64,000 nucleotides of DNA. It comes from Podarcis pityusensis (lineage: Eukaryota). This document shows positions 38,031 through 49,982 of the stretch, piece by piece. Position numbers and translations under genes: made by a program. The stretch is taken from assembly GCA_964106645.2 (NCBI GenBank), contig OZ067041.1. The stretch is one strand, 5' to 3'. The first letter of the stretch is position 1; each line of letters starts with the position of its first letter. The notes beneath the pieces are model-generated. The model was not told where the DNA came from, made no database searches, and worked only from the letters and a program-made list of their open reading frames with translations.

Positions 38031-39400
38031 ATTGTTATGTTCATAATTGTGCATTTCTACACACAATGCGTCCACTGTTTATAAGGAAAACAGTATTATT
38101 TATTTGTTCCATTTGCATTCCTTTCTTCCTCCAATGACTTCCCCTAAGGTTATTCCCAACCTAACAAGGTAGGCAGGCTATAGCAATTTGACAAATGCCC
38201 CGCAATGAGCGCCATTGCTGAGTTCTGAATCCGAGTCTCTACGCCTATTAACAACACAAGCTATCCGTTAAACCACCACACTGACTCCAGCACCGAAGAT
38301 ACCTTTGCTGTTTACAGGTTTAACCTTTCGCGTTTCAGTTCCACAGAAACTGTAACAGATACCAGTGGGTATTATTAGTATAAGCAGTCATCCCCCCCCC
38401 CTTTTGCTATGTACAGGAACTATCAGCTGCAGTGGGGAGGCTCCATCATGTGGCTTGATTTATATTGCAGGATATAAGTAAATAATGGAAATTAGCAACT
38501 ACGTACATGTAATTAAGACGTCCAAAACCCAGAGGTACAAATCTTGATTGTGGGGTGGAGGAACACATCGAATTGCTTTTAATGAAAGTTGGTCTATCCT
38601 TTTTTCCCCTTTTTTTTACATAAATAACGAGCTAGCATTCTTATTTTCCTATGTGCACAGCTATGCCTATAATAAAACTTTGCATGTGTCTGAATTGTGA
38701 GTTTCTAATAGAGCAGAGGGCTCTTCCATAATTCCACTTGTTCTGTGCCTAGAAAGCATGGTTCCAAGCAGTTTTCCACTTGGCCAGTGCTGTATCTAGC
38801 AGTTTTGCCTTTGCCCTGCTGTTTAGGCACTAAATCGGAGCAAACGTCAATCCGGAGAAAACCCAATTGGCGTTTGCTCTGATTCAGTCCTAAAGATCAG
38901 GTCTCCCTGGGGGGAAGAGGCAACGCAAGCAGAAGCATGGATGAGCTCCGCTACTTCCCAACATCATTTGACTCAGGTCCACTGCTCAAAAGGGCGGTAA
39001 CAGTTGTGTCAGGGTTGTACCACTTTGGGTAGCTCATATGCTTCTCCTCAGAGTAAAAAATAAATGCTTGCACACAGGTGACTTGGTATCAGGGAACAGG
39101 CTAGCCTTGTCTGGAACCCATTCTGCTGATCACTGTTTTTTGGTTTTGTTTATTTTTACATGCAAGGATTCCTGTATGGATTATGTAAGCAGGATCATTT
39201 AACTAGGCATGGTAAAGTCCTGACACAGGTTTGCCACCTCAGTGAATATGCAACCTTAAATTTCATTTTGTTTGCTTGTCTGGTTGATTTCTTACCAGCC
39301 ATTTACCTCGATGTTCTATGGGTGGTTCCAGCAATTTAAAAATGCAATATTCAAATTTGTTTAAAACAAATGCAATTGAAAGAATAGGGGTGGGTGGGTC

Positions 39401-39401
39401 C

Positions 39402-39454
<53 letters not shown>
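39401..39454. repeat. (ACATAT)n microsatellite
   Basis: Direct observation. Confidence 0.95.
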
Positions 39455-39455
<1 letters not shown>

Positions 39456-39699
39456 CCCCACAGCAGTGACCAGAGGAGGAATGACTGCAGAGAGAAGAAA
39501 CACCGTGGTGCACCTGTAGCAGGAAAACAGGATGTATTCATCTACCCCTGTTGTGATAAAACACTGTATTCCTCTCTACAGTCACAGCAGGTGCAGTAAC
39601 TTTCCAACAGTTTGACTTTACCCCTGAAGGCGCACTCTTCCACTGTCTGTAGGGACAGACGGATGCCAACAATTATATGCAAGGTGTCAAAGAATAGGG

Positions 39700-40110
39700 T
39701 AAATAAGTAGATCTTCAGCTTGCAATGGAAACTGCACAACAAAGGTACCAGACGCACTTCCAGGAAGAGGGGATTCCTCAACTTAGTACCTGCCGCTGAA
39801 GATGCCATCTTCCAGGCTGTCACACGAACCCTCCAAACTTCTGAGGATGGTGGAACTACCAAGAGGTAGGCAAGACCTGCTGATCTTAACACCTGAGGGG
39901 ATCTGTAGGGAAGGAGGCAGTCTTAGAGATTTGGGGCCTGCCTTGTTTAGGGCTTGAAACACAAATGTAGGCACCTTGAACCAGACCTGGAAATGACCTG
40001 GCAACAAATGCAACTGTTTTAAAACAGGGGTTATAGGAGTTCTGAGTTGTCACCACAGCCTGTAATCTGGCTGCTGCATTTTGAACCAGCTGAAGTTTCT
40101 AAGTCATCTT
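39700..40110 (-). mobile_element. Degraded L2 fragment
   Basis: Minus strand: LQLVQNAAARLQ ... FQVWFKVPTFVFQALN ... KLRNPL. Confidence 0.6.
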
Positions 40111-40161
40111 CAAGAGGTCACTGAAGGCTTATTGTGTTTTCTGTATTTGAGGCATGGCTTC

Positions 40162-40304
40162 CAGTAGTTTTCAACCTGTGGGTCCCCAGATGTTGTTGGA
40201 CTACAGCTCCCATCATCCCTGATGGGACGATAGGCCTTGCTAGCTAGGGATGATGGGAGTTGTAGTGCAACAACATCTGGGGACCCACAGATTGAGAAAG
40301 GCTG
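40162..40304. mobile_element. Palindromic hAT-type MITE
   Basis: tcaacctgtgggtccccagatgttgttggactacagctcccatcatccct ... ggatgatgggagttgtagtgcaacaacatctggggacccacagattgaga. Confidence 0.8.
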
Positions 40305-41872
40305 TGACACTCCAATAGGAGCCAAATCCACTGCCTCTCCACCCCCTGACAGAGAGAAGTACCCCTCCCCACATACACAAAAGGAGCATCTTGCTCATTT
40401 CCATCCTCTCTCTGATTCTCTCCCAGTCTGTCTCACTCCCAGACAAAACTGCGGCTTCTATGGAGTTCTTGCATTATTTGTTTGTTTTAAAGGTAAACGC
40501 CTCCTTTCAGGGCAAAGCCCCCTTGTCCCCAGAGCTTGCATCAAAACCATAAAATCTAGCAAATTGCCGGAGAGGGTGTGGGAAGCAGGATACTTTTCTC
40601 CACATGTGGTGGTCATGCAAGGAAACTGCAGAGTACCAGCGAACTGTTTTCGAAGAAATAAATAAGATAAGCAAACGATTCTGCCAAGCCTTCAATTGAC
40701 TTTACATATGATTTCTGGTGGGCTATTCAAACTGTTCCTGCTTACAGCAGCTAGGACTGTAATAGCTAAAAACAGGAATGCTGTGGGGGCAAATATATTA
40801 GAAAGCAGGACTTGGGAGGTTGGTGTATATATAATGCTAATGGGAAAACTTAGAAATAAAATTTAGGCAATGCTGAAAGGAACTGGGGGGAGGGGCTTTC
40901 ATTTTCTCTAGATTTCTCCCATTCTGCCTTACTGCTGGAAGTACTACAATAAACCACTTAACCTTTGAATGGATGACATCCATTTTTTTTCTTTTGTAGG
41001 CAGACTGTTTCCCCCCCCTGCAGTGTAATTTTCTGCCTCTAGATGGTGCATTTTCCATTTAGCAGAACAATCTGGGTGTAGAGCAGGAAAGACGCATCAC
41101 AGGGTATCTAAGTTCCTTAGAACATTTGCATATAGGTAAAGAAAAAGAAATAATTGCACAATATGAATTTTTCAAGCATGTTATCATTTCCCTGCTGTTG
41201 GCAAGCCTATGTTCAGAACCGGTTAGCACAGCACAGCTGTACTCTACAATGTAGCCGCAACTAAATTGTCTGTTCCAGCTGGTTAAAGTTGAGATACCAG
41301 CTCTAAAAAGAGTCCTGTCATACATGTAGCATCTAGGCTATTGATTCAATTATTCCACCTCACTACATTCTCTGAAAACATGTGCTGTGATCTCTGAACC
41401 ATGACACAGGGTCCATTTTGACAGATGTTACCCAGACGTGTGTGTGCATATATACATCTCTAAGTATGTCGATACACAGAGAGATGCATTGTCAAATATT
41501 TTTTAGCTTTGAGAGATCTCATTTTTAGGTATTTGGACCACCTGAGAACCACGATGACAGAGATGTGTTAACAAAAAAGTTTGTTATATTTAGTAGATGC
41601 AACTATAGCTAGCTAGCAGAATGCCAAGGTCAGGCTAGTATTAAAATCTAGCCCTGAAGGGTCTCCAGACTCTTGAGTCTGTGACTCATGAGGTCAGTGT
41701 CTTGAACTAGGAATTGAGCCCTGGAGCCCAGAAAGAAGAAAACATGACTTTCTTGACCACTGACTGGCAGAAAGCCTGCTTCCTTTTATGGATACCAGAA
41801 GCTAATCCACACTTGCTTGATGTTGCATGGCTCAGTTACCTTCTGTGTGATGCCGGTTCTGCAGTCCTCCCA

Positions 41873-42125
41873 ATAAAGGTAAAGGTAAAGGGACCCCTGA
41901 CCATTAGGTCCAGTCGTGGCCGACTCTGGGGTTGTGGCTCTCATCTCGCTTTATTGGCTGAGGGAGCCGGCGTACAGCTTCCGGGTCATGTGGCCAGCAT
42001 GACTAAGCTGCTTCTGGCGAACCAGAGCAGCGCACAGAAACGCCGTTTACCTTCCCGCCAGAGTGGTACCTATTTATCTACTTGCACTTTGACTGCTAGG
42101 TTGGCAGGAGCAGGGACCGAGCAAC
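41873..42125 (-). mobile_element. Sauria SINE (5'-truncated)
   Basis: (taaagg)n tail, then ggacccctgaccattaggtccagtcg...ggtacctatttatctacttgcac. Confidence 0.88.
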
Positions 42126-43134
42126 CATCTATAAAAGCTCACAAGCCTAAGTCTCTGAAGTTTTTGTTTCAAGCCTCTGGATAGCAATGTCTCTTATTTA
42201 CAGAGAACAGTTCTGCATGGGAAGGTCTGTCAGAGGCAAGTCCTGTATTTAAAGGAATCCTTCTATTTGAAGGGCTAAGTCTGGTTTAAAGGTAAAGAAC
42301 TGCATGAAGGGAGATCAGGGGCCTTGAATTTGCCCATCCACAATTAAGAGGCTCATGGTTTCCCCCACTATGGTGAGGTACACCGTGTTCCTGTTAAAAT
42401 TGCAGTACTTATTTCTAAATTTGTGTCTACGTATACATCAGCACGTGCCCATTTTATGCAAATAGGTAGCCTCTTAGGCGGTGGTTTGTTTTGTCTTTTT
42501 GGGTGATGGGTATGATAATTCCAAGTATCAAATTCAAAGGAGAGTTTTTGACAAATTCGCTGTTCCAAAGTAACTCTCAAATGCCGGTACCCTTTGGTCC
42601 AGTTCCTCAAGTGACGAGAATCCCAGGCCTGTGAGAGTTGACCCGTTTTGCTGCCTGCAGACAGACCCTTTCCTTGCTGCAACTACTCAGGATGCTACCT
42701 TTGTTCATACAAGTTCAGTCTGCATATTCCACAGCTGGTGTGGGAGGGAGGGGGACCTAAGAATAAGAAAAGCCCTGCGAGACCAGGCCAAAGACATATC
42801 TGGTCCAGCAGCCTGTTCTTACAGGGACCAACCAAAGGCTTATGGGAAGTTGAAAAGCAGAACCAAAAGCACAACACTCTCCCCACTTGTAATTCCTATG
42901 CAGAGTCAAACTGCCTCCAGAAGTGAATTGGAGGGAGGGTGGAGGCCAGTCCTCTTCCAGAAGCACCTAGCTAGAAAAAGCACTCTTTCATCCACAACAG
43001 TGTTTCTGGTCCTCTTTGCCCTCTTTGTCCTGTCTAAACTCATAGCTAACTCCGCTGGAGGGAAGGCATATCAAAAGTTCATCCAGCATAACCCCCTGAC
43101 CCCACAACAATATATATTCCCCAATTATACAATT

Positions 43135-43488
43135 AAGGTAAAGGGTAAAGGGACCCCTGACCACTAGGTCCAGTCGTGACCGACTCTGGGGTTGCGGCGC
43201 TCATCTCGCTTTATTGGCTGAGGGAGCCGGCGTACAGCTTCCGGGTCATGTGGCCAGCATGACTAAGCTGCTTCTGACGAACCAGAGCAGGGCACGGAAA
43301 GGCTGTTTACTTTCCCACTGGAGTGGTACCTATTTATCTACTTGCATTTTGACGTGCTTTCGAACTGCTAGGTTGGCAGGAGCAGGGACCGAACAACGGG
43401 CGCTCACCCCGTCATGGGGATTCAAACCACTGACCTTCTGATCGGCAAGTCCTAGGCTCTGTGGTTTAACCCACAGCGCCACCCGCGT
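43135..43488 (-). mobile_element. Full-length Sauria SINE with 14-bp TSD
   Basis: tRNA-like head (rc ggacgcgggtggcgctgtgggttaaaccacagagcctagg) and ACCTTT tail; TSD ccaattatacaatt at 43121-43134 and 43489-43502. Confidence 0.93.
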
Positions 43489-45212
43489 CCAATTATACAA
43501 TTGTATTTGATTTAAAAAATGTTTGTGACCAAAGAACAACCAGACAGATTTGAACAAACATTAATGAGTTCAAGCAGAGTAGAAAAACAACAACAATGGG
43601 TGTTGAATATTTGGTTTATGCCCCAGTCTCAAGACATGGCTAGAAGGTAAACAATACAACAACCTTGCTAAAGATAAACAGGTCCAGTGCTGTTTTTTCT
43701 AGGAAAAGAGGTGCAGGAACTCAGTGTGAACGCCTCCCTTGTTGTCTTGTAATGGCAATGGTGCCCACCTGAGAGGTGACGGAACTTATTTCCAGTGAGT
43801 TCCAGATGAAAAAAAAAGCCTTGAGCAGCTCAATTTCTGATCAGTGCCTGAACGGGAGGCTCTCTGGCAACCCTATCTTGTATACCACCTTGATTCATGA
43901 ATGGAAGAAAGGTGGGATCTAAAATAGAATTTTACACTGCAAATCTACCGTCTCGTCATTTACATTTGCAAGCTCTTCTGGGGGCCCTTTTTGGTTGAAG
44001 AACAGGGAAAATAATGCTTTATAAATAAATACTCTTAGCAAGCATTTCAAAAAATAATAATATCCTAATGAGTTCCCCTTCTCCTTTTGCATTTCCCAGT
44101 TTATCCATTCCATTCCTCCAGATCCGGTGCCATCATCCTCTTCCTGTGAAATTATTACTGGATGCCACTTTCCTTAACAATGTAGTTACCCAATTATGCT
44201 TTTGCATATTGCCTGCAAGTACTTAGCAAACCAGTCATTAAAAAAAAAAGGAGCGAATGCCACAAACATTCCACAGTGGAATGTCACAGGACCACGTACA
44301 CACAATTCATAAAATTGCACAGGAACACATTACATCTAATAACAGATGCAGCGTAGTATGGGATTCAGGTAAAGGTGTTTGTTGCACTTCATCTCAATGC
44401 AGTCATTTTTCTTATATACATTATTCTTATTAAACATTCCCTATGAACTAGATCTTCCTGAATGCATTTTTTATTTTCTCTGGATTCTTATGATGAGCTA
44501 CAGATCTTCTTTCTCAAGCACGATATGGTACCACCAGACTGGAATAACTAGCCTTACAGTACTTGCTACTGCAAGGGCCTGAAGGGGGTGACTACTGCTC
44601 CGATGCAAACATCAGCCTCTATAGTCTCCAAGGTGAGCATAGTAATTTAAAAAAAAAAAAAAACTAACACCAGACTTGGGGCATTAAAGCAGATAGCACT
44701 GTTGCACAACTCCAACTCATCATGCATAAGCTTACATAAATACACTGAAATGCCATTTTGACTACCGTAGTCTCCTGGGAACTTGCTGCAAAAAAAGAGA
44801 GAAATAAATAAAAGGAGGGAAGCTGTGAAGTACCATATCTAGTCACAACAGCATCAACAGTTGCTAAAAACAAAGGTGTCTGTGCAGTGGTCAATAACAA
44901 CCCCTCTCCAAAATCCACATCTTCAAAGCACTGTCTAGACTGTGGTCCAGGCAGTTGCTTCCTGTATTCTTGGTGGTCAGCTGTACACACAGCCAGGAAC
45001 ATGTTGTGCATTTAACCTATACTGAGGCTGCAATCCTAGGCACGCTTATATGAGGTAACCCCCCATCTCCCCCGGCACATTTGTAAGTTGCTTCAGGGTA
45101 AACACCCATCTGATCGCATTGCCCATCTGCACTGCAGGAAATCAGACACACTGGAACAAAATTCTCAGTCTTCAAAATGGCAAGCCAACCAGACAAGGCC
45201 TTGTCTTTACAC

Positions 45213-45348
45213 CAGGCATAGGCAAACTCGGCCCTCCAGATGTTTTGGGACTACAACTCCCATCATCCCTAGCTAACAAGACCAGTGGTCAGGGATGATG
45301 GGACTTGTAGTCTCAAAACATCTGGAGGGCTGAGTTTGCCTATACCTG
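45213..45348. mobile_element. Palindromic hAT MITE (136 bp)
   Basis: Long TIR CAGGCATAGGCAAACTC; perfect 8-bp TSD ctttacac. Confidence 0.92.
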
Positions 45349-45349
45349 C

Positions 45350-45352
<3 letters not shown>

Positions 45353-45390
<38 letters not shown>
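45353..45390. repeat. (AC)n microsatellite
   Basis: Direct observation; begins inside the right-hand TSD. Confidence 0.95.
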
Positions 45391-45392
<2 letters not shown>

Positions 45393-45454
45393 CTACTTTT
45401 CATATCATGTACAACATCCACCATTTCTCTCTGATGAGAAAATGTTCGGAGGCA

Positions 45455-45622
45455 GTAAGCTTCTGAATGCCAGTTGTTGGAAAACCACAGGAAGGGAGAG
45501 TGCTCTTGCTATTCAGATCTTGCTTGGGGTCTTCCCATAGGCATCTAGTTGGCCACTGTGAGAACAGAATGCTAGACTAGATGGACAACCGGCCTGATCT
45601 AACAGGCTCTTCTTATGGTCTC
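45455..45622 (+). mobile_element. CR1-like 3' fragment (inverted relative at ~56935-57110)
   Basis: gttggccactgtgagaacagaatgctagactagatggac...ggcctgatctaacaggctcttcttatg. Confidence 0.6.
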
Positions 45623-48251
45623 TTAAGTCTGGCAAAAATAAAATCTGCCACTGATTCCGGTTGAAATCAATATTGCTGAAATAAAATTCTTCTTCTGACA
45701 TATGAAACTGAACAGCTAAAGGCCACAATTAGACCCAAATCAGATCACATGTTAAAGGACTGTCTCCTCTTGTATGACCATTCACCCTCTTGTATGTCCT
45801 GCTCCCAGCTGAACAACCTCAAGGATGCAATAAGGACGCAATAACTTGCTCCAAGAAATACTCTGCCCATAGGTTCCATAGTTTTGTATCTGTGTGTATG
45901 AAATTGGCGGGTGGGGAGACTTTCCTATGTGATGATCCATAGACAGAACTTGCTTGCTTATGCTCGGGGAAACTGTATTGTGTCTTCCAAGTTCTGCCTA
46001 TGAAACCATCTTAAAATAAAAGATGCCCCCTTCAATACAGGCACACTCTTAGGACCTGCCCTAGCTCCCACTCATGGATACGGACTCTCAGCTCAATTAT
46101 TCCAGAAGGCTTTATTCTAAGAATCACTACACAGTTTAAACATAGATCTGATTACTGATTACTGTACAGGGTTCAAGAGTTCAAAGCAGAGCTCTAAGGT
46201 ACATGGTTGGCACAAACTAAGATGCCGTCTCAACACCTGACATGCCCCCTTTGCGCATGTCATTTGTGTATTTCAGGTTCAAAGCAACAGAGGCTGGGGC
46301 AGGTGGCTCTCCCTGTTCTGTTTGTCCAACACTGTTTGGACAAAAATGTCTCCTAGTGTAGTACTTGGTTCTCCCCGTCTTCAAGCACTGCACTGTTTTC
46401 CTATTCCTCCTCTCACTCTGGTACAGCTTCATTAACATATGACCCTGAAATTCTGGATCCTGCCCCCCCCCAAACTGATGCCAAAGTTTTGTGCTGGTTT
46501 CATGGTGTTTCGTGCTGTATTTTGTGCCTCCACCCCCCAAACCACGTAACTGGCAAAGCAAATCGGGGTCACAGGTTAATGCCAAAAAATACAACCTTGT
46601 CTGATGGACTCCAAACAGGTGCCGCTGTTTTGTGCTGCAAACCCCACGTTTTGTGCTGCCCCCTAAACTGAGTCATTGACAATCAAACCAGGGGCCATAG
46701 GGACACCCCCCAACCCAATCTTGTCCAATTGGCTCCAACTGGTGCCAAAGAGGTGTGCTGTTTTATGTTATAAGCCCTGCCTTCTGCGTGGCCCCCCACA
46801 CTGAGCAACTGACATTCAAACTGGGTTCACAAGTAAAGGCCAAAAAAACCTGAAGCAGCTCGGGCAGGGAATCATTGGTGTAGCAGGGTGGACAGTACAC
46901 CAATAGGAATCCCGTACTAGCCCTTTTGCCCAACTTCCAGAACATGCACTCAGAAAACTGGGTTTCCCTAATAGGACTTCTTGAAAATCACTGCAACCTT
47001 GCCTCCCTGCCCACATGACCAGGGCTGCAGTGTTAAGGCAAACCTGGTGGACAAGCAGCGGCAAGAACAGGCCCATCTGCCATGTCCAACCAAGTCTTCT
47101 GTTACACATGCAAGGTCAATTCATCCATCTACGATCAAGTCATGGATGGCGGTGGTCTTGTGAATCATTGACCAAGCATTGCACCGCAGCACCTTAAGGT
47201 CATGTGGGACATCTTTGTTGATACCTGTATCCTTCTCGTCAGGACCAGACCCAGAGGCAGGGACAACGACTAAACTTGCCTCCTCAGTAATGACATGGTC
47301 TGGTCATAGCGTAACTCCTCTTCCTGCCTGGGGTCACTGAGATTGGGTCTCCTGATGCATTCCCCCGCTGTGAAACCTGCCCCAGCCATTCTCTGCTGGA
47401 ACCTTGCAGGGACCTGCCCCAGCATACCCCAAGCCCAAGGTCCATTCAGCTGTCTCTGCTATATTTCATCAGTTAGAACCCTGCTCTCCTCAGGTGCTGA
47501 GCAGCCTTCGTCACAGTCTTTTGTAACTGTGGTCTGCCAAGACCCCGTCGTCCTGGGCCAGATGGAACCGGCCGGCCTACCAGGCAGGAGGCAGGTCCAG
47601 CGAGATTCATAGCTGCTGGTCTCAGGCCAGAACAAACTGACCTCTGAGCAATGGGAGTAACACTCGAAGGCTAAGGCAGGCAAGGACCCAAGTGGGGCTC
47701 ACTAGCCCAGGTGGGGCTCGCTAGCTTGGGGAGGAGGTGAGGGTCGCATGCCTCGTCAAGCCCAGAAGGTATAAAAGGAAAGCCGCCCTGGCCAGGCCTC
47801 ATCTCTAGCATGAAGACAAATAGAAACTAATTTTATCCCTTCCCTTGCAAGTGATACAAAGAGTTGAAGTCCATTGAATAGCTCTGTTTACCATCTTACA
47901 CTACTATTGTATGCATATTAAGTATGCTCAACGTGGCTTACTTAACAGTGACAGTATTCGCCTCATCTTCCGCTTCCTTTCTTACCGTCCCAACGTTGTT
48001 GTTTTTTTTAAAAAAAGCCGCCTTTATATGCATTCTTCTTTTCTACATAGAATGATTAGAGTAATGTTGATGCCCCAGGCTATTCCTTGATTCCAGAACA
48101 ACCTTATATATGCCACAGTACATTAGGAATCTTTGAAGCTCTAAGTCACATGGAGATTAAACTAAATTGCGGAATCAGAAGTATTTTTCAGTAGCAGCTT
48201 TCAAAGTTGCCTTGATAATTCTCATTCCCTGGATATAGCAAATATATAGAT

Positions 48252-48851
48252 CAGGGGTGGGGAGCCTTTGGAACACAGACCTGCCTCTCGCCCCAAATGG
48301 CTGGAATGTGCCTTTGAATGCATTTTGTTTTAAGGTTACCAGACATCCCCGTTTCCCGGGGACAGTCCCCGGATTTACACGTTAGTCAAGCACGTCAAAG
48401 TGTAAGTAGATCAATAGGTACCGCTTTGGCGAGAAGGTAAACGGCGTTTCCGTGTGCTGTTCTGGTTCGCCAGAAGCGGCTTAGTCATGCTGGCCACATG
48501 ACCCGGAAGCTGTACGCCAGCTCCCTTGGCCAATAAAGCGAGATGAGTGCCACAACCCCAGAGTCGGCCACAACTGGACCTAATGGTCAGGGGTCCCTTT
48601 ACCTTTACCCCATACAAAATCCATTGAAGATGAAAAGTGTCCCCGGATTCCTTGAAAAAAATCTGGTAACCTTATTTTGTTTGCCTGGATTGAATATTGG
48701 GCAGAAACTAGCCTCATGTACCAAGGTAAAATTTACTTTCATCGTTCCAACCACTTTTGCCTCTGGCCCTACCCACCACAGGAATGTGGCCCTTTGTAAG
48801 GTTGCCAGGAAGCCATTGTGGCCCCCGGGCTAAAAACTGCTCCCCACTGTG
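48252..48851. mobile_element. Three-layer nest: hAT-like MITE containing a second hAT MITE (48331-48674) containing a Sauria SINE (~48385-48609)
   Basis: Outer TSD atatagat/acatagat; middle TIR TAAGGTTACCAGA/TCTGGTAACCTTA with TSD ttttgttt; inner SINE with ACCTTT tail. Confidence 0.85.
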
Positions 48852-48982
48852 ACATAGATGAAAGAAAGATGGGTTTTAATTTTGTGAGATGTGTTCTGGG
48901 TCTCTCTCTTGCCTTTGATTTCTTGAGTGTATGAAAATAAATGTGTTGTGGTCACACAGAAGTCTCAGTGTTAGCAACAACA

Positions 48983-49200
48983 ATTTATATGCCACCCATC
49001 TGACTAGGTTGCCCCAGCCACTCTGGGCTGCTCCCAACAAAAAAAAACAATAAAAGCACATTGCAATGTCACACTCTGAAAACTTCCCTGAACAGGGCTG
49101 CTTTCAGATGTCTTTTAAAAATCACATAGCTGTTTATCTGTTTGACATCTGCTGGGAGGGCGTTCCACAGGGTGGGCACAACTACCGAAAAGGACCTCTG
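48983..49200 (-). mobile_element. L2 3' end fragment
   Basis: gcccaccatctgactaggttgccccagccactctggg ... gggagggcgttccacagggtggg. Confidence 0.75.
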
Positions 49201-49740
49201 CGTGGTTTTGTTCACGTAAGTGCTTGTGGGGGCGGAGGCCAGAGGGGAGTCTAATATTTTCGTTCAGTGTTGACCCAGAGAACAGAAAACCCTTTTATCT
49301 GTCATGTCCAAGACATTTTGCAAACAATGGTCCCCTTCATGAACTTGAAGTTCATGAGAAAAATATTGAATACTCCCTCTTTGCCTGGGAACTTCTCTGC
49401 AGAGTTAAGTCAATAAATACTCACAATGCAGTGTAATTAGGCTAATACAGTGGTGTAATGAAGTGGTGCTACCACTTCTGAATTTTCTCTGTGGTAAGTT
49501 CAGCATAACTGCACTGTACTTCTGGCTATGTTTGCTATTTTGTTCTAGGTAAACTGTGTGCATTGCATGCAAAACATATCAATATTGATAAGGCGGGAGG
49601 AACTTGGGTGCAGTTGTGCTTTTTTCATTCATGTCATCTTCCTTTAATCTTCATATAGAGAATGGCACAGACTATTCAAGCTTCTCCCCATTTTTTTAAG
49701 CTGGGTTTTTTCCAAGCATTTCTTCTCCCAAAACACATTA

Positions 49741-49982
49741 AAGTCAAACCTTGGTAGTCAAACGTAATCCGTTCCGGAAGACTGTTTGACTTCCAAAACA
49801 TTTGACAACCGAAAACTGAAAGTGGAAGACTCAATACAATAGGTAAACTCAAAAACAGAAGCCGCATAGCATGTTCAGCTTCCGAAAATTGTTTGAAAAC
49901 TGGAAACAGTTACTTCCGGGTTTTTGGGTTCGGGAGGTGAAGCGTTCTAAAATGGAGGTGTTTTGGAACTGAGGTTTGGCTG
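49741..49982. mobile_element. Degraded Tigger-like MITE
   Basis: agtcaaaccttgg...gtaatccgttccggaag ... gaggtttggctg; interior resembles 5-492. Confidence 0.55.

Noticed and set aside
40730-40860. LLTAARTVIAKN, resembling an L1 ORF2 C-terminus
   Set aside because: Too short and degraded to delimit; not listed as a feature.
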